Part shown: in pieces, positions 46,972 to 57,088 of the stretch | Layout: every line of letters starts with the position of its first letter | Position numbering within the stretch: position 1 is the stretch's first letter | Source: Pyrinomonadaceae bacterium | GTDB lineage: Bacteria > Acidobacteriota > Blastocatellia > Pyrinomonadales > Pyrinomonadaceae | Assembly (NCBI GenBank): GCA_035652995.1 | Contig: DASRCS010000026.1 | Coordinates: 580 to 64,579 of the forward strand | DNA: 64,000 nucleotides | Direction: 5' to 3' | Notes under the pieces: generated by a model | What the model was told of the DNA's origin: nothing | Database searches by the model: none | Seen by the model: only the letters and a program-made list of their open reading frames with translations | Made by a program: the position numbers and the translations under genes

Positions 46972-47910
46972 ATGACTTCTCTTCCCAATCAACAGCCGTC
47001 GCCGAACCCTCTGCGCGGCGCGCGGCTCTCGTTCGTCGGCGTCGGCGTGATGGCCGAGTCGATGATCGCCGGACTCCTGCGCCGCCGTCTCGTCGAGCGC
47101 TCGCAGATCGTCGGCAGCCACCCGCGCGCCGCGCGCCGCGAAGAGTTGCAGACGCACTACGGCATCCGCGCGGTCGAGTCGAACCGCGACGCCGTCTCGC
47201 CCGCGCCGGAACGCGAAGCGGCGTCGCCGGCGCGTGAACCTGCGAACGATGTGGCGACTCGCGAGGGCGAACGGCAGGACGAAAGCGCGCCTTCCATCGT
47301 CGTCCTCGCCGTCAAGCCGCAGCGCCTGAGCCGCGTGCTCGGCGAGATCAAGGGCGCGCTCGGCCCCGGCCAACTCGTCCTCTCCATCGTCGCGGGCGCG
47401 CGCGCCGAGGCCGTCGCCGAAGAACTCGGCCAGGCGGCGGTCGTGCGCGCGATGCCGAACACCCCGGCGCAGATCGGGCAGGGCATGACCGCGTGGTTCG
47501 CCACCCCGCAGGTCAGCGACCGGCAACTCGAAGAGGTGCGCGCGATGCTCGGCGCGCTGGGGCGCGAGATGAGGGTCGAGAATGAGAACATGATTGACAT
47601 GGCGACGGCGCTGTCGGCGACGGGGCCGACCTACATCTTCATGATGATGGAGGCGCTCGTTGACGCCGGAGTCCACATGGGATTCTCGCGCCACGTCGCC
47701 GAGGAACTCGTCATCCAGACGATACTCGGCTCGGTGCTCTTCGCCCGCGAGTCGCACAAGCACCCCGCGGAACTCCGCAACATGGTCACGTCGCCCGGCG
47801 GCACTTCCGCCGAGGCCATCTACCAGATGGAGAAAGGCGGCCTGCGCACGGTTCTCTCCAAGGCCGTCTATGCCGCCTACCAGCGCGCCGTCGCGCTCGG
47901 TCGGAAGTAA
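46972..47910 (+). CDS. proC: pyrroline-5-carboxylate reductase
   Basis: FVGVGVMAESM Rossmann motif, LAVKPQ, TSPGGTSAEAI. Confidence 0.9.
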   Translation: MTSLPNQQPSPNPLRGARLSFVGVGVMAESMIAGLLRRRLVERSQIVGSHPRAARREELQTHYGIRAVESNRDAVSPAPEREAASPAREPANDVATREGERQDESAPSIVVLAVKPQRLSRVLGEIKGALGPGQLVLSIVAGARAEAVAEELGQAAVVRAMPNTPAQIGQGMTAWFATPQVSDRQLEEVRAMLGALGREMRVENENMIDMATALSATGPTYIFMMMEALVDAGVHMGFSRHVAEELVIQTILGSVLFARESHKHPAELRNMVTSPGGTSAEAIYQMEKGGLRTVLSKAVYAAYQRAVALGRK

Positions 47911-47927
47911 ATGTAAGGAGTCCTTCG

Positions 47928-48896
47928 ATGCCTGAAGATAATGAAGCCCCGCAGTTTTGGAATTACAACGTCACTTCGGAATACACTCCCGACGCCGATG
48001 CTGTTATCGCTCCCGGCGATTGCCTTGTGACTCTGGGTAGGCTGCCGAGCGGATTAGCCAAACTCGTCATCACGTCGCCGCCTTACAACCTCGGCAAGGC
48101 TTACGAGAAGGTGACCGAACTCGACAAGTATCTCGACGCGCTCCGCCCCGTAGTCGAAGAGATTGTGCGCGTTCTTTCGCCGGAAGGCTCTCTGTGCTGG
48201 CAGGTCGGGAATTACGTTGAAAGCGGCGAGGTCTTTCCGCTTGATATTTTCTATTACAGGCTGTTTAAGGAGCGAGGTTTCAAGCTCCGCAATCGCATCA
48301 TCTGGCATTTCGAGCACGGGCTACACGCCTCCAAGCGATTCTCCGGGCGCTACGAAACGCTCCTCTGGTTCACGAAGAGCGATGACTATACTTTCAACCT
48401 CGACCCCGTGCGCGTGCCCTCGAAGTACCCCGGTAAAACTCACTTCAAAGGCGAGAAGAAGGGGCTGCCCTCCGGCAACCCGCTCGGCAAGAACCCTTCA
48501 GACATCTGGCGCATCGTCGCCCACGATTTCGAGACCGCGCTCTGGAACATTCCGAACGTCAAGGCCAACCACCCTGAGAAGACCGTCCACCCGTGTCAGT
48601 TTCCCATCGAACTGGTAGAGCGTTGCGTCCTCGCGTTGACCGACGAGGGCGATTGGGTTCTCGATCCTTTTTCGGGCGTCGGCTCCGCGCTCCTCGCCGC
48701 GCTCAAGAACAGGCGCAGGGCCTTCGGCTGTGAGAAGGACGACGAGTACGTTCGCATCGCGCACCAACGGATCGCCGATCTTGCTTCCGGCAAGTTGCGC
48801 TACCGGCGACTCGGCAAGCCCGTACACCAACCTACCGGGCGCGAGAAGGTCGCCCAAGTCCCCCTCGAATGGCTGACGAAGGAGGCGAACCAATGA
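47928..48896 (+). CDS. type II DNA methyltransferase, beta-class N4/N6 family, probably N4-cytosine
   Basis: Motif IV VITSPPYNLG before motif I DPFSGVGSALLAA (beta-class order). Visibly lower GC than the flanks. Confidence 0.85.
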   Translation: MPEDNEAPQFWNYNVTSEYTPDADAVIAPGDCLVTLGRLPSGLAKLVITSPPYNLGKAYEKVTELDKYLDALRPVVEEIVRVLSPEGSLCWQVGNYVESGEVFPLDIFYYRLFKERGFKLRNRIIWHFEHGLHASKRFSGRYETLLWFTKSDDYTFNLDPVRVPSKYPGKTHFKGEKKGLPSGNPLGKNPSDIWRIVAHDFETALWNIPNVKANHPEKTVHPCQFPIELVERCVLALTDEGDWVLDPFSGVGSALLAALKNRRRAFGCEKDDEYVRIAHQRIADLASGKLRYRRLGKPVHQPTGREKVAQVPLEWLTKEANQ

Positions 48897-49462
48897 GGCT
48901 CGCCGCGCAGTTTTCGTTCAAAGGCGGTCTTGAATCAATCAAGGCGCGCAACCCACAACTGCTCGACGAAGTGCTGGACGCGATCCGCTCGATAGACGCT
49001 TCGCAAGCGCGGACGAAGGTCAGTAAGGAAAAGACAATGACGGGGCAGACGCTCTACAGTCCCGTCGCGCTCAACGCGGCTTTCAAGCGGCAACTGTTCA
49101 CGAAAGGCTGGAAGAATCTGAAGGTTAATTGTGACTACCCGACCGAGTATTACCTCGAAGACTACAAACACCGGGCAGAGATAAAAGGCGCGTTCCGCGA
49201 CATGGACTTTGTCAAGGAGAGGCTCGGCGTCGAAGTCCAGTTCGGCAAGTATTCGTTCATGGTCTATAACGTCTGCGCGAAGATGACCATCTTCCACAAC
49301 CTCGGACACATTGACTGCGGGATAGAGATCGTGCCCGTCAAAGCCCTCGCCTTGCAAATGTCGTCGGGCGTCTCTTACTTCGAGCAGTTCGTCTGGGACT
49401 TGCGGCAGCGGGGCGTCGCCGACATTGACATTCCTGTTCTGATCCTCGGAATTGACGCTTGA
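48893..49462 (+). CDS. BglII-family type II restriction endonuclease
   Basis: ATG overlaps the methylase stop (ATGA). DMDFVKERLGVEVQFGKYSF matches the BglII D-x8-E-x-Q catalytic core (BglII: DIDFGKRDTLVEVQFSNYPF, recalled from memory). Confidence 0.7.
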   Translation: MRLAAQFSFKGGLESIKARNPQLLDEVLDAIRSIDASQARTKVSKEKTMTGQTLYSPVALNAAFKRQLFTKGWKNLKVNCDYPTEYYLEDYKHRAEIKGAFRDMDFVKERLGVEVQFGKYSFMVYNVCAKMTIFHNLGHIDCGIEIVPVKALALQMSSGVSYFEQFVWDLRQRGVADIDIPVLILGIDA

Positions 49463-49501
49463 GTTGGCGCGGCCCTCGTCGAAGCCGCAAGGTGCGCCGG
49501 G

Positions 49502-51025
49502 CTAGGCGCGGTCGAGCGCGCCGGCGCGTTCGGCCTCGTCGCCGAGTTCGAGGATTTCGCGGCGGATGAGGCGGCGCTCTTCGAGGAGGCGGCGGAAGAA
49601 GCTGCGCTCGCGGAGGAAGAAGAGCGCGGCGCGCGTGCCCGCGAGGAAGCGGTCTAGCCCCTCGCGCGTCCGCAGCGCGACGTAGCCCGCTAGCGGCGCG
49701 AGGGCGAGCGCCGCAAGAACTCCCCACCAGCCCGCGAAGAAGTAGAGCGCGACGGCGAGCGCGAGCCACGTCAGCGGAAAGAGCAGGAGCGCCGCGGCGA
49801 TCTTGAAGGTCGAGAGGATGTCGTCGTACTCGCTCGCGAATTTAGTCGCGAGCAGGCCCGCGAGTTTGTAGGCCGGATAGTGAACGACGGCGCCCGCGAG
49901 CGCGAGCGGCGAGAGAAGGAGGAAGAGTGCCGCGCGCGCGAGCGTCGTCCAGGCGCGCGCGTACTCCGAGACGGTCGCGGGCGACAACTGCCGCGGGTCT
50001 TCGAGTCCGGCTTGCCGAAGTTCCTCCTCGTACTGCCGTATCCGCCTCTCCAGAATCTCCAGACGCGCGGGCGAGTGCTGACGGTGGAAGGCGTAGCCCT
50101 CGACGAAGCGACGACGCCGCCTCAACTCTCGCTCAAGACTCTGCCCCTCCTCGTCTTCCTCCGAAGAGAAGATGCGCTCGGCGCGCGCGACAAGTGCGAG
50201 CGCCTCGTGACGGTCGGCGTTGAGCGTCAAAGAGCGCAACGCGTCGGCGATGCGCGCGGAGAGTTCGGCCACACGTTCGCGCGGAGGCTCGCCGCCCTCG
50301 TCCAGGGCGACTGGCCCGACCTCTATCGGCTCGCCGAAGTAGAGCAGCGCGCCGCTGCGGAAAGTCGTCTTCGCCGTGTAGTACAGACCGGCGGGAACGA
50401 TTTTCAGGGAAGGATGAAGGCGGAAGGATGAAGGGTGAAGTGAAGGCAGACCAGCTTTCACTTCACCCTTCATCCTTCCGCCTTCATCCCTCATCCCACC
50501 GCTTTCATCCTTGACCGACGCCGCGCCGAGCGCGATGCGCGCCGCGCCGGTCTTCAAGGGGAGGAGGTACGGCTCGCTGTGGGAAGCGCCTTCGGGACAG
50601 ATGGCAATGGTGCCGCCGCGGCGGAGGAGTTCGGCAGAGCGCTCGAAGGTCTCGCGGTTGCGCGTGGTGTCCGCGCCCTCGTCCTGTCGGCGATAGACGG
50701 GGATCGAGTCGAGCGCGCGGACGAAGAAGGAGATGACGGGCATTCGGAAGAGCGGCGACTTGGCGAGGAAGGAGACGCGGCGCGGCGCGAAGCAGAGGAG
50801 GAAGACGGGGTCAACGAGTCCGTTCGGGTGGTTGAGGACGAAGAGGCACGCGCCTTCGCGCGGCACGCGCTCGCGGCCCACGACCTCGACGCGGCGGAAG
50901 AAGACCCGCAGCGCGAACCTCAACACGACCGTGATGGCACGCCTCAGCAAGCCGGACTCGGAATCCTCCCCGCGCGAAATGAAAAGCCCGGCGCGAACCG
51001 TTCGACGGTTCGCGCCGGGCGACAT
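49502..51025 (-). CDS. lysophospholipid/glycerol-phosphate acyltransferase family protein with C-terminal membrane domain
   Basis: NHPNGLVD (HX4D), FVRALDSIPVYR, CPEGASHS, IVPAGL acyltransferase blocks. Contains an in-frame repeat-element insertion. Confidence 0.8.
   Translation of the reverse strand: MSPGANRRTVRAGLFISRGEDSESGLLRRAITVVLRFALRVFFRRVEVVGRERVPREGACLFVLNHPNGLVDPVFLLCFAPRRVSFLAKSPLFRMPVISFFVRALDSIPVYRRQDEGADTTRNRETFERSAELLRRGGTIAICPEGASHSEPYLLPLKTGAARIALGAASVKDESGGMRDEGGRMKGEVKAGLPSLHPSSFRLHPSLKIVPAGLYYTAKTTFRSGALLYFGEPIEVGPVALDEGGEPPRERVAELSARIADALRSLTLNADRHEALALVARAERIFSSEEDEEGQSLERELRRRRRFVEGYAFHRQHSPARLEILERRIRQYEEELRQAGLEDPRQLSPATVSEYARAWTTLARAALFLLLSPLALAGAVVHYPAYKLAGLLATKFASEYDDILSTFKIAAALLLFPLTWLALAVALYFFAGWWGVLAALALAPLAGYVALRTREGLDRFLAGTRAALFFLRERSFFRRLLEERRLIRREILELGDEAERAGALDRA
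50408..50497. repeat. heptamer-arm hairpin element (GGATGAA) inside the acyltransferase CDS, same sub-family as 34853..34934
   Basis: gggaaggatgaaggcggaaggatgaagggtgaagtgaaggc ... ctttcacttcacccttcatccttccgccttcatccctcatcc. Confidence 0.85.
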
Positions 51026-51077
51026 TCTACTACGCGCGCGGCTCGGTTCGGGCCGTGTGGCCGCGCGGCGCGCGTCT

Positions 51078-51380
51078 TCAGGTGATGACGTTCGGGCCGA
51101 ACCAGCCGCGGCTGCTGTAGTCGGTGAGCGTGAGCAGGAGCAGGATGAGCAGCCAGAAGAACATCGAGGCGACGATGACCCAGATGAGCCGCGAGCTGTA
51201 GCGCACGTGCATGAAGAACAGCAGCACGAGCATCATCTTCGTCACCGCGATGGTGATCGCCACCACGTCGTTGAACTTCCCCAACGGCACGTTGGCGACG
51301 AAGACCGTCAGCGCCGTGAAAAAGATCAGCGCGCCGAAGACCATGTAATAAGTTTTGCGCGGGACGATGTGTACGGACAT
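51078..51380 (-). CDS. cytochrome c oxidase subunit IV (small caa3-type subunit)
   Basis: 100 aa with 3 TM helices. Start MSVHIVPRKTYY. Positioned after subunit III. Confidence 0.75.
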   Translation of the reverse strand: MSVHIVPRKTYYMVFGALIFFTALTVFVANVPLGKFNDVVAITIAVTKMMLVLLFFMHVRYSSRLIWVIVASMFFWLLILLLLTLTDYSSRGWFGPNVIT

Positions 51381-51392
51381 AAACCCAAGCCT

Positions 51393-51448
51393 CGTGAACC
51401 GTGAACGGTAAGCCGTGACGAGATGAAAGCCGTTCTCCCTCGTCACGG
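51393..51448. repeat. short heptamer-type hairpin (GTGAACC/GTGACGA) between oxidase subunit genes
   Basis: gtgaaccgtgaacggtaagccgtgacgag ... ctcgtcacgg. Confidence 0.55.
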
Positions 51449-52174
51449 TTTGAAGTGCGCGCCCAGAAGGTAGAGCAGCGGGAAGAGGAAAATCCAGATG
51501 ATGTCAACGAAGTGCCAGTAGAGTCCGAAGTTCTCGACGGGCGCGTGGTACTCCGGCGAGTAGCGCCCGCGCCACGCCCAGTAGATGATCGGCGTGATGA
51601 TCAGGACGCCGACGATCATGTGGAGCGCGTGCAGCCCGGTCATCGCGAAGTAGAGCCAGAAGAACATCTGGTACTGCCCGAGGCTGACGTTCGCCGGGAT
51701 GTGCGAGAGGATTTCGTGGTTGGGGTTGAACCATCCGGCGATGGGAACCAGGCCGTCCACGTACTTCTCGTGATACTCGTATGCCTTCACCCCGAGGAAG
51801 GTGAAGCCGAGCAGCACGGTCGCCAGCATCAGGGCGACCTGCACCTTCGGCGCGCGGCCCGCCTGCGTCGCCCACACCGCCAGCGCCATCGTGAGCGAGG
51901 AGGTGATGAGCACCGTCGTGTTGAAAGCGCCGATCTTCCAGTTGAGGTGGTTGCTCGCGGCCATGAAGGCTTCCGGGTAGCGCATCCGGTAGATGAGGTA
52001 GGCGAGGAACAGCCCGCCGAAGAACATCACCTCCTGCGCGATGAAGACCCACATGCCGAGCGTGCCGGCCTCGCGCTGCTGTTCGAGGTTGTCGAAGTGG
52101 TGGGCGAGGGCCGCGTGCGCCGACTCCGGCGCGTGCCCGTGCTCGATTGCCTCTGCGTTCGTTGCCAAACTCAA
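51443..52174 (-). CDS. ctaE: cytochrome c oxidase subunit III
   Basis: 243 aa. FWLYFAMTGLHALHMIVG and WHFVDIIWIFLF motifs. Confidence 0.9.
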   Translation of the reverse strand: MSLATNAEAIEHGHAPESAHAALAHHFDNLEQQREAGTLGMWVFIAQEVMFFGGLFLAYLIYRMRYPEAFMAASNHLNWKIGAFNTTVLITSSLTMALAVWATQAGRAPKVQVALMLATVLLGFTFLGVKAYEYHEKYVDGLVPIAGWFNPNHEILSHIPANVSLGQYQMFFWLYFAMTGLHALHMIVGVLIITPIIYWAWRGRYSPEYHAPVENFGLYWHFVDIIWIFLFPLLYLLGAHFKP

Positions 52175-52188
52175 ACCTCCTCAAGAGC

Positions 52189-52262
52189 AGTGACGAGTGA
52201 CAAGTGACGAGTGAAAACCTGTGTGCCGTAAGCCCGCGGGACACGACAAGGAAGACCACTTG

Positions 52263-52282
<20 letters not shown>
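52189..52282. repeat. heptamer-arm hairpin element (GTGACGA / GTGAACC)
   Basis: agtgacgagtgacaagtgacgagtgaaaacc ... ccacttgtcacggttcacggttcacgg. The right arm supplies the last codons and stop of subunit I. Confidence 0.7.
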
Positions 52283-54011
<1,729 letters not shown>

Positions 54012-54050
54012 AAAATTACTTCTTCCCTAAAGATTACTGCCCCGGAAAAA

Positions 54051-55208
54051 TCATCGGACGCGGTTCGCGTTCGCCTGCCCGCCGCCTCGCGGAGACGCGG
54101 GAAGTTGCGGCTGCGGGCTGCCCTGCCGCGGCGAGGTCGGAGCGAGCGGGTTCGAGCGCTGCGATGCGGGCGTGACGCCGCCCGTGGTCGGCCCCGCCGT
54201 CGTTCCGCCCGGCGTGCCGCCGCCCGCCCCCGCGCCGCCCTGCGCCGCGCCGAGCGAGCGTATGTAGGCGATGAGTTGGAGTATCTGCTCCTCGCTCACC
54301 TGCCCCTGGAAGGTCGGCATGATCGGCTGGAAGCCGAGCGCGATTTTCGCCTGCGGGTTCAGGATTGACTCGCGGATGTACGCTTCGTCAACCGTCACCT
54401 GCCCGTCGCCGTCTATCGCCTGCTGCTTGCCGAACAGCCCGTAGAGAGTCGGGCCGCGCCCCTGCTGGCCGCCGGGGTCAACCTGATGGCAGGACGAGCA
54501 GCCCCGCTCCTGAAAAAGTTTCTGCCCTTGGGACGCGGCGGACTCGGAGCCGGCCCCGCCCGCGAGCCACTCCTGGTAGGCCGCAGGCTCCATGACGATG
54601 ACGTGCCCGCCCATCCCGCTGTGGTTCGTGCCGCAATACTCCGCGCAGAAGATCGGGTAAGTGCCGGCCTTCGTCGCCTCGAACCACAACTGCGTGTAGC
54701 GGCCCGGCACCACGTCCTGCTTGATGCGGAAGGCCGGGAAGTAGAGGCTGTGGATCACGTCCTCGGTCGTCATCGTCAGCTTCACGCGCGCCCCCAGCGG
54801 CACGTGCAGCTCGTTGATCTCGCGCTGGCCCGTCTGGTGCTGGAACTTCCACATCCACTGTTTGCCGACGACGTAAACCTCCATCGCGTTGTGCGGCGCG
54901 CGGTAGGCCTTGAAGTAGGTCGAGGCCCCCCAGACGAAGATCGTCATCGCGATCATGAGCGGGATGACCGTCCAGGTGACTTCGAGCACCATCGAGCCGT
55001 GGCGCGGGCGCGGCACCTCGTCGGGGCTGCGCCGGCGGTACTTGATGGCGAAGAAGATGAGAAGCACCATGATGATCGTCGTGAAGGAGATGGTAATCAG
55101 CAGCAGGTAGAGGTAGAGCGCGTCAACGTGCGGCGCGAACGTCGAGGCCTGCTCCGGCGAGAACGGCACGCTCACTTTCGGAATCGGTATGCCCTGAATC
55201 AAGCTCAC
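54051..55208 (-). CDS. ctaC: cytochrome c oxidase subunit II with fused C-terminal cytochrome c (caa3-type) and low-complexity tail
   Basis: CuA site CAEYCGTNHSGM. Heme c site CSSCH. Gly/Thr/Pro-rich tail. Confidence 0.9.
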   Translation of the reverse strand: MSLIQGIPIPKVSVPFSPEQASTFAPHVDALYLYLLLITISFTTIIMVLLIFFAIKYRRRSPDEVPRPRHGSMVLEVTWTVIPLMIAMTIFVWGASTYFKAYRAPHNAMEVYVVGKQWMWKFQHQTGQREINELHVPLGARVKLTMTTEDVIHSLYFPAFRIKQDVVPGRYTQLWFEATKAGTYPIFCAEYCGTNHSGMGGHVIVMEPAAYQEWLAGGAGSESAASQGQKLFQERGCSSCHQVDPGGQQGRGPTLYGLFGKQQAIDGDGQVTVDEAYIRESILNPQAKIALGFQPIMPTFQGQVSEEQILQLIAYIRSLGAAQGGAGAGGGTPGGTTAGPTTGGVTPASQRSNPLAPTSPRQGSPQPQLPASPRGGGQANANRVR

Positions 55209-55308
55209 TAAAACTCCCCTCCCTGAAGGGAATCAGTCACGGCCTGCGCGGTCGGCCACGTATCAGAGTTCACGCGTTAGATTCTGTCGGTACTTGCCTC
55301 ATCAATTG

Positions 55309-55421
55309 CCACGAGCTTTAGCTCGTGGGGAACAAAATCCTACATTCATCGGCTTGAGCCGAAGCCCTCGGCTCAGGCCGAGCGACTTGAGGGGGCTGCT
55401 CTCCACGAGCTTTAGCTCGTG
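55309..55421. repeat. two direct copies of a 20-nt palindrome (CCACGAGCTTTAGCTCGTGG) flanking a third hairpin
   Basis: ccacgagctttagctcgtgg at about 55309 and ccacgagctttagctcgtg at about 55403. ggcttgagccgaagccctcggctcaggcc lies between them. Confidence 0.8.
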
Positions 55422-55425
55422 ACAA

Positions 55426-56340
55426 TTAAGCGTGCCCGCCGACGTTGATCTCATCTTCCCAGTGCTCCTGATTGCGCCGCGTGCGGCGGCTCAAATAGAA
55501 GATGAGTCCGACGAGGCCGAAGACCGTCAGCACGCCCGCGCCGCGCAAGACCGCCATCACGGGCGCGAATTTTCCGGTCGCCGGGTCGTAGTGGTAGCAG
55601 TAGAGTATGAGCGCGTCCACCGGCGAGCCGATCTTCCCCTCGGACGACTCGACGAGCGCGAGCCGCAAGTCCTTCGGCGAATACTCGATGCCGTAGAAGT
55701 AGTGCGAGAGCTTCCCTTCGGGCGTGGCGACCATGATGGCCGAGGCGTGCGCGAACTGCTTCGACTCGTCGTCCCACTGATACTGGAACCCGGTCGCCTG
55801 CGCGAGCCGGTCAATCGAATCCTTGTCGCCCGTCAGGAAGTGCCAGCCGTTGGCCGCGCCCTCGCGCCCGAAGCGCTTGAGGTACGTCTCCTTCTTCTTC
55901 GCGGCCAGCTCCGGCCCCTCGCGCGGGTCGAAGCTGACGGTGACGACCTGAAAGTCTTTGCCCGGCGAGAAGGTCACGGCTTCGAGCGCGCCGACCAGCC
56001 CGTTCAAGGTCTGGTTGCAGAGCATCGGGCACTCGTAATAGACGAGCGTCAGGACGACGGGCTTGCCGCCCTGAAAGTAATCTCCGAGCTTTACGTCCTG
56101 CCCGTACTCGTCCTTGAACTTCAGGTCGAGCGGAATCTGGCTGCCGAGCTTCTGCTCGATGCCGACCTTCTTCAGAATCTCCGTGGACTTGCCCGTCGGC
56201 ACGGGGCCGACCGGCGGCTGCGCGTACTGCGCGACGGCAGCGGGCGGCGAGCAGCACGCCGCGAGCAGCACAAAGCCGAACGCCCACGCCGCGCGACGCG
56301 CGACTCCGACACACGCGAACTTCTTAAAACTACTTCTCAC
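55426..56340 (-). CDS. SCO1/SenC family copper chaperone
   Basis: Thioredoxin-like LTLVYYECPMLCNQ CxxxC motif and a C-terminal TM helix. Confidence 0.85.
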   Translation of the reverse strand: MRSSFKKFACVGVARRAAWAFGFVLLAACCSPPAAVAQYAQPPVGPVPTGKSTEILKKVGIEQKLGSQIPLDLKFKDEYGQDVKLGDYFQGGKPVVLTLVYYECPMLCNQTLNGLVGALEAVTFSPGKDFQVVTVSFDPREGPELAAKKKETYLKRFGREGAANGWHFLTGDKDSIDRLAQATGFQYQWDDESKQFAHASAIMVATPEGKLSHYFYGIEYSPKDLRLALVESSEGKIGSPVDALILYCYHYDPATGKFAPVMAVLRGAGVLTVFGLVGLIFYLSRRTRRNQEHWEDEINVGGHA

Positions 56341-56362
56341 GAAAAACTCACTTTCAAACTTC

Positions 56363-56992
56363 TCAACGCCTGCCGCCCGCGGCGTTCTGATTCGCCTGCG
56401 CGCCGCCCGGCGTGTCCTGCGGCGTCCCCGCCGCGTTGTTCTTCTGCGCGCCCTGCTGCGCGGCTTGCGCGCCCTGCGGCGTCTGCTGCCCCTGCTGCTT
56501 CGACTGCTGGCGCTGGAGGTAAAGACTCATGGCCTCGTTTATCGGGAGACGAACGGTGCCCGCCTGCTGGTCGGCCCAGCCGTAGTCGTTAAGCTCCCTC
56601 GTCCACTCGTCGCGGACGACCGCGAATTCCGACTGCGGCTGCGGCACGTGTTCCGTCCCCGGCTTGTAGTAGAGGTCGTGCTTCTGCCCGTCGTCGGTCG
56701 TCACCTGCCAGCCGGGCGCGAGTTGCAGGCGCGGCTCCGGCGGCAGGCGCTCCTGCGCCGAGCGCGCCAGCGGCGACGCCTCTATCTCCTGCGACTCTTC
56801 GCGCTTCTGGAAGTAGTTGAACATCAGGAGCACGATCAGGCACACGACAATCGTGAAGAACGTCAGCCCGCCGACGAACCACAGCAGCGGGCGCACCGCC
56901 ACGTCCGACTCCTCGTGCGCCACGTCCGGGTTCGTGATGAAAGACACGTCCGGCGTCTCGTGTATGCTGTCTCTTTTTCTCCCGCGTGCCAT
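56363..56992 (-). CDS. hypothetical single-TM protein within the ACIII-oxidase cluster, Gln-rich tail
   Basis: TM helix PLLWFVGGLTFFTIVVCLIVLLMF. Positioned between actF and sco on the same strand. Confidence 0.6.
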   Translation of the reverse strand: MARGRKRDSIHETPDVSFITNPDVAHEESDVAVRPLLWFVGGLTFFTIVVCLIVLLMFNYFQKREESQEIEASPLARSAQERLPPEPRLQLAPGWQVTTDDGQKHDLYYKPGTEHVPQPQSEFAVVRDEWTRELNDYGWADQQAGTVRLPINEAMSLYLQRQQSKQQGQQTPQGAQAAQQGAQKNNAAGTPQDTPGGAQANQNAAGGRR

Positions 56993-56998
56993 AACGCC

Positions 56999-57085
56999 GG
57001 TGATAAGCGATGGGTGATAAGTGATAAGAAAAGACGCTCGCCTTCTCTTAGCCGCTCATCACTCATCGCTCATCACTCATCACTC
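56999..57085. repeat. heptamer-arm hairpin element (GTGATAA/GTGATGA)
   Basis: ggtgataagcgatgggtgataagtgataag ... cttagccgctcatcactcatcgctcatcactcatcactcc. Confidence 0.75.
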
Positions 57086-57088
57086 CTC

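Noticed and set aside
47911-49501. Mobile-element boundaries (integrase, transposase, direct repeats, tRNA target) around the low-GC R-M pair.
   Set aside because: I found none by eye. The island is just the two genes with short flanks, so no mobile_element feature is claimed.
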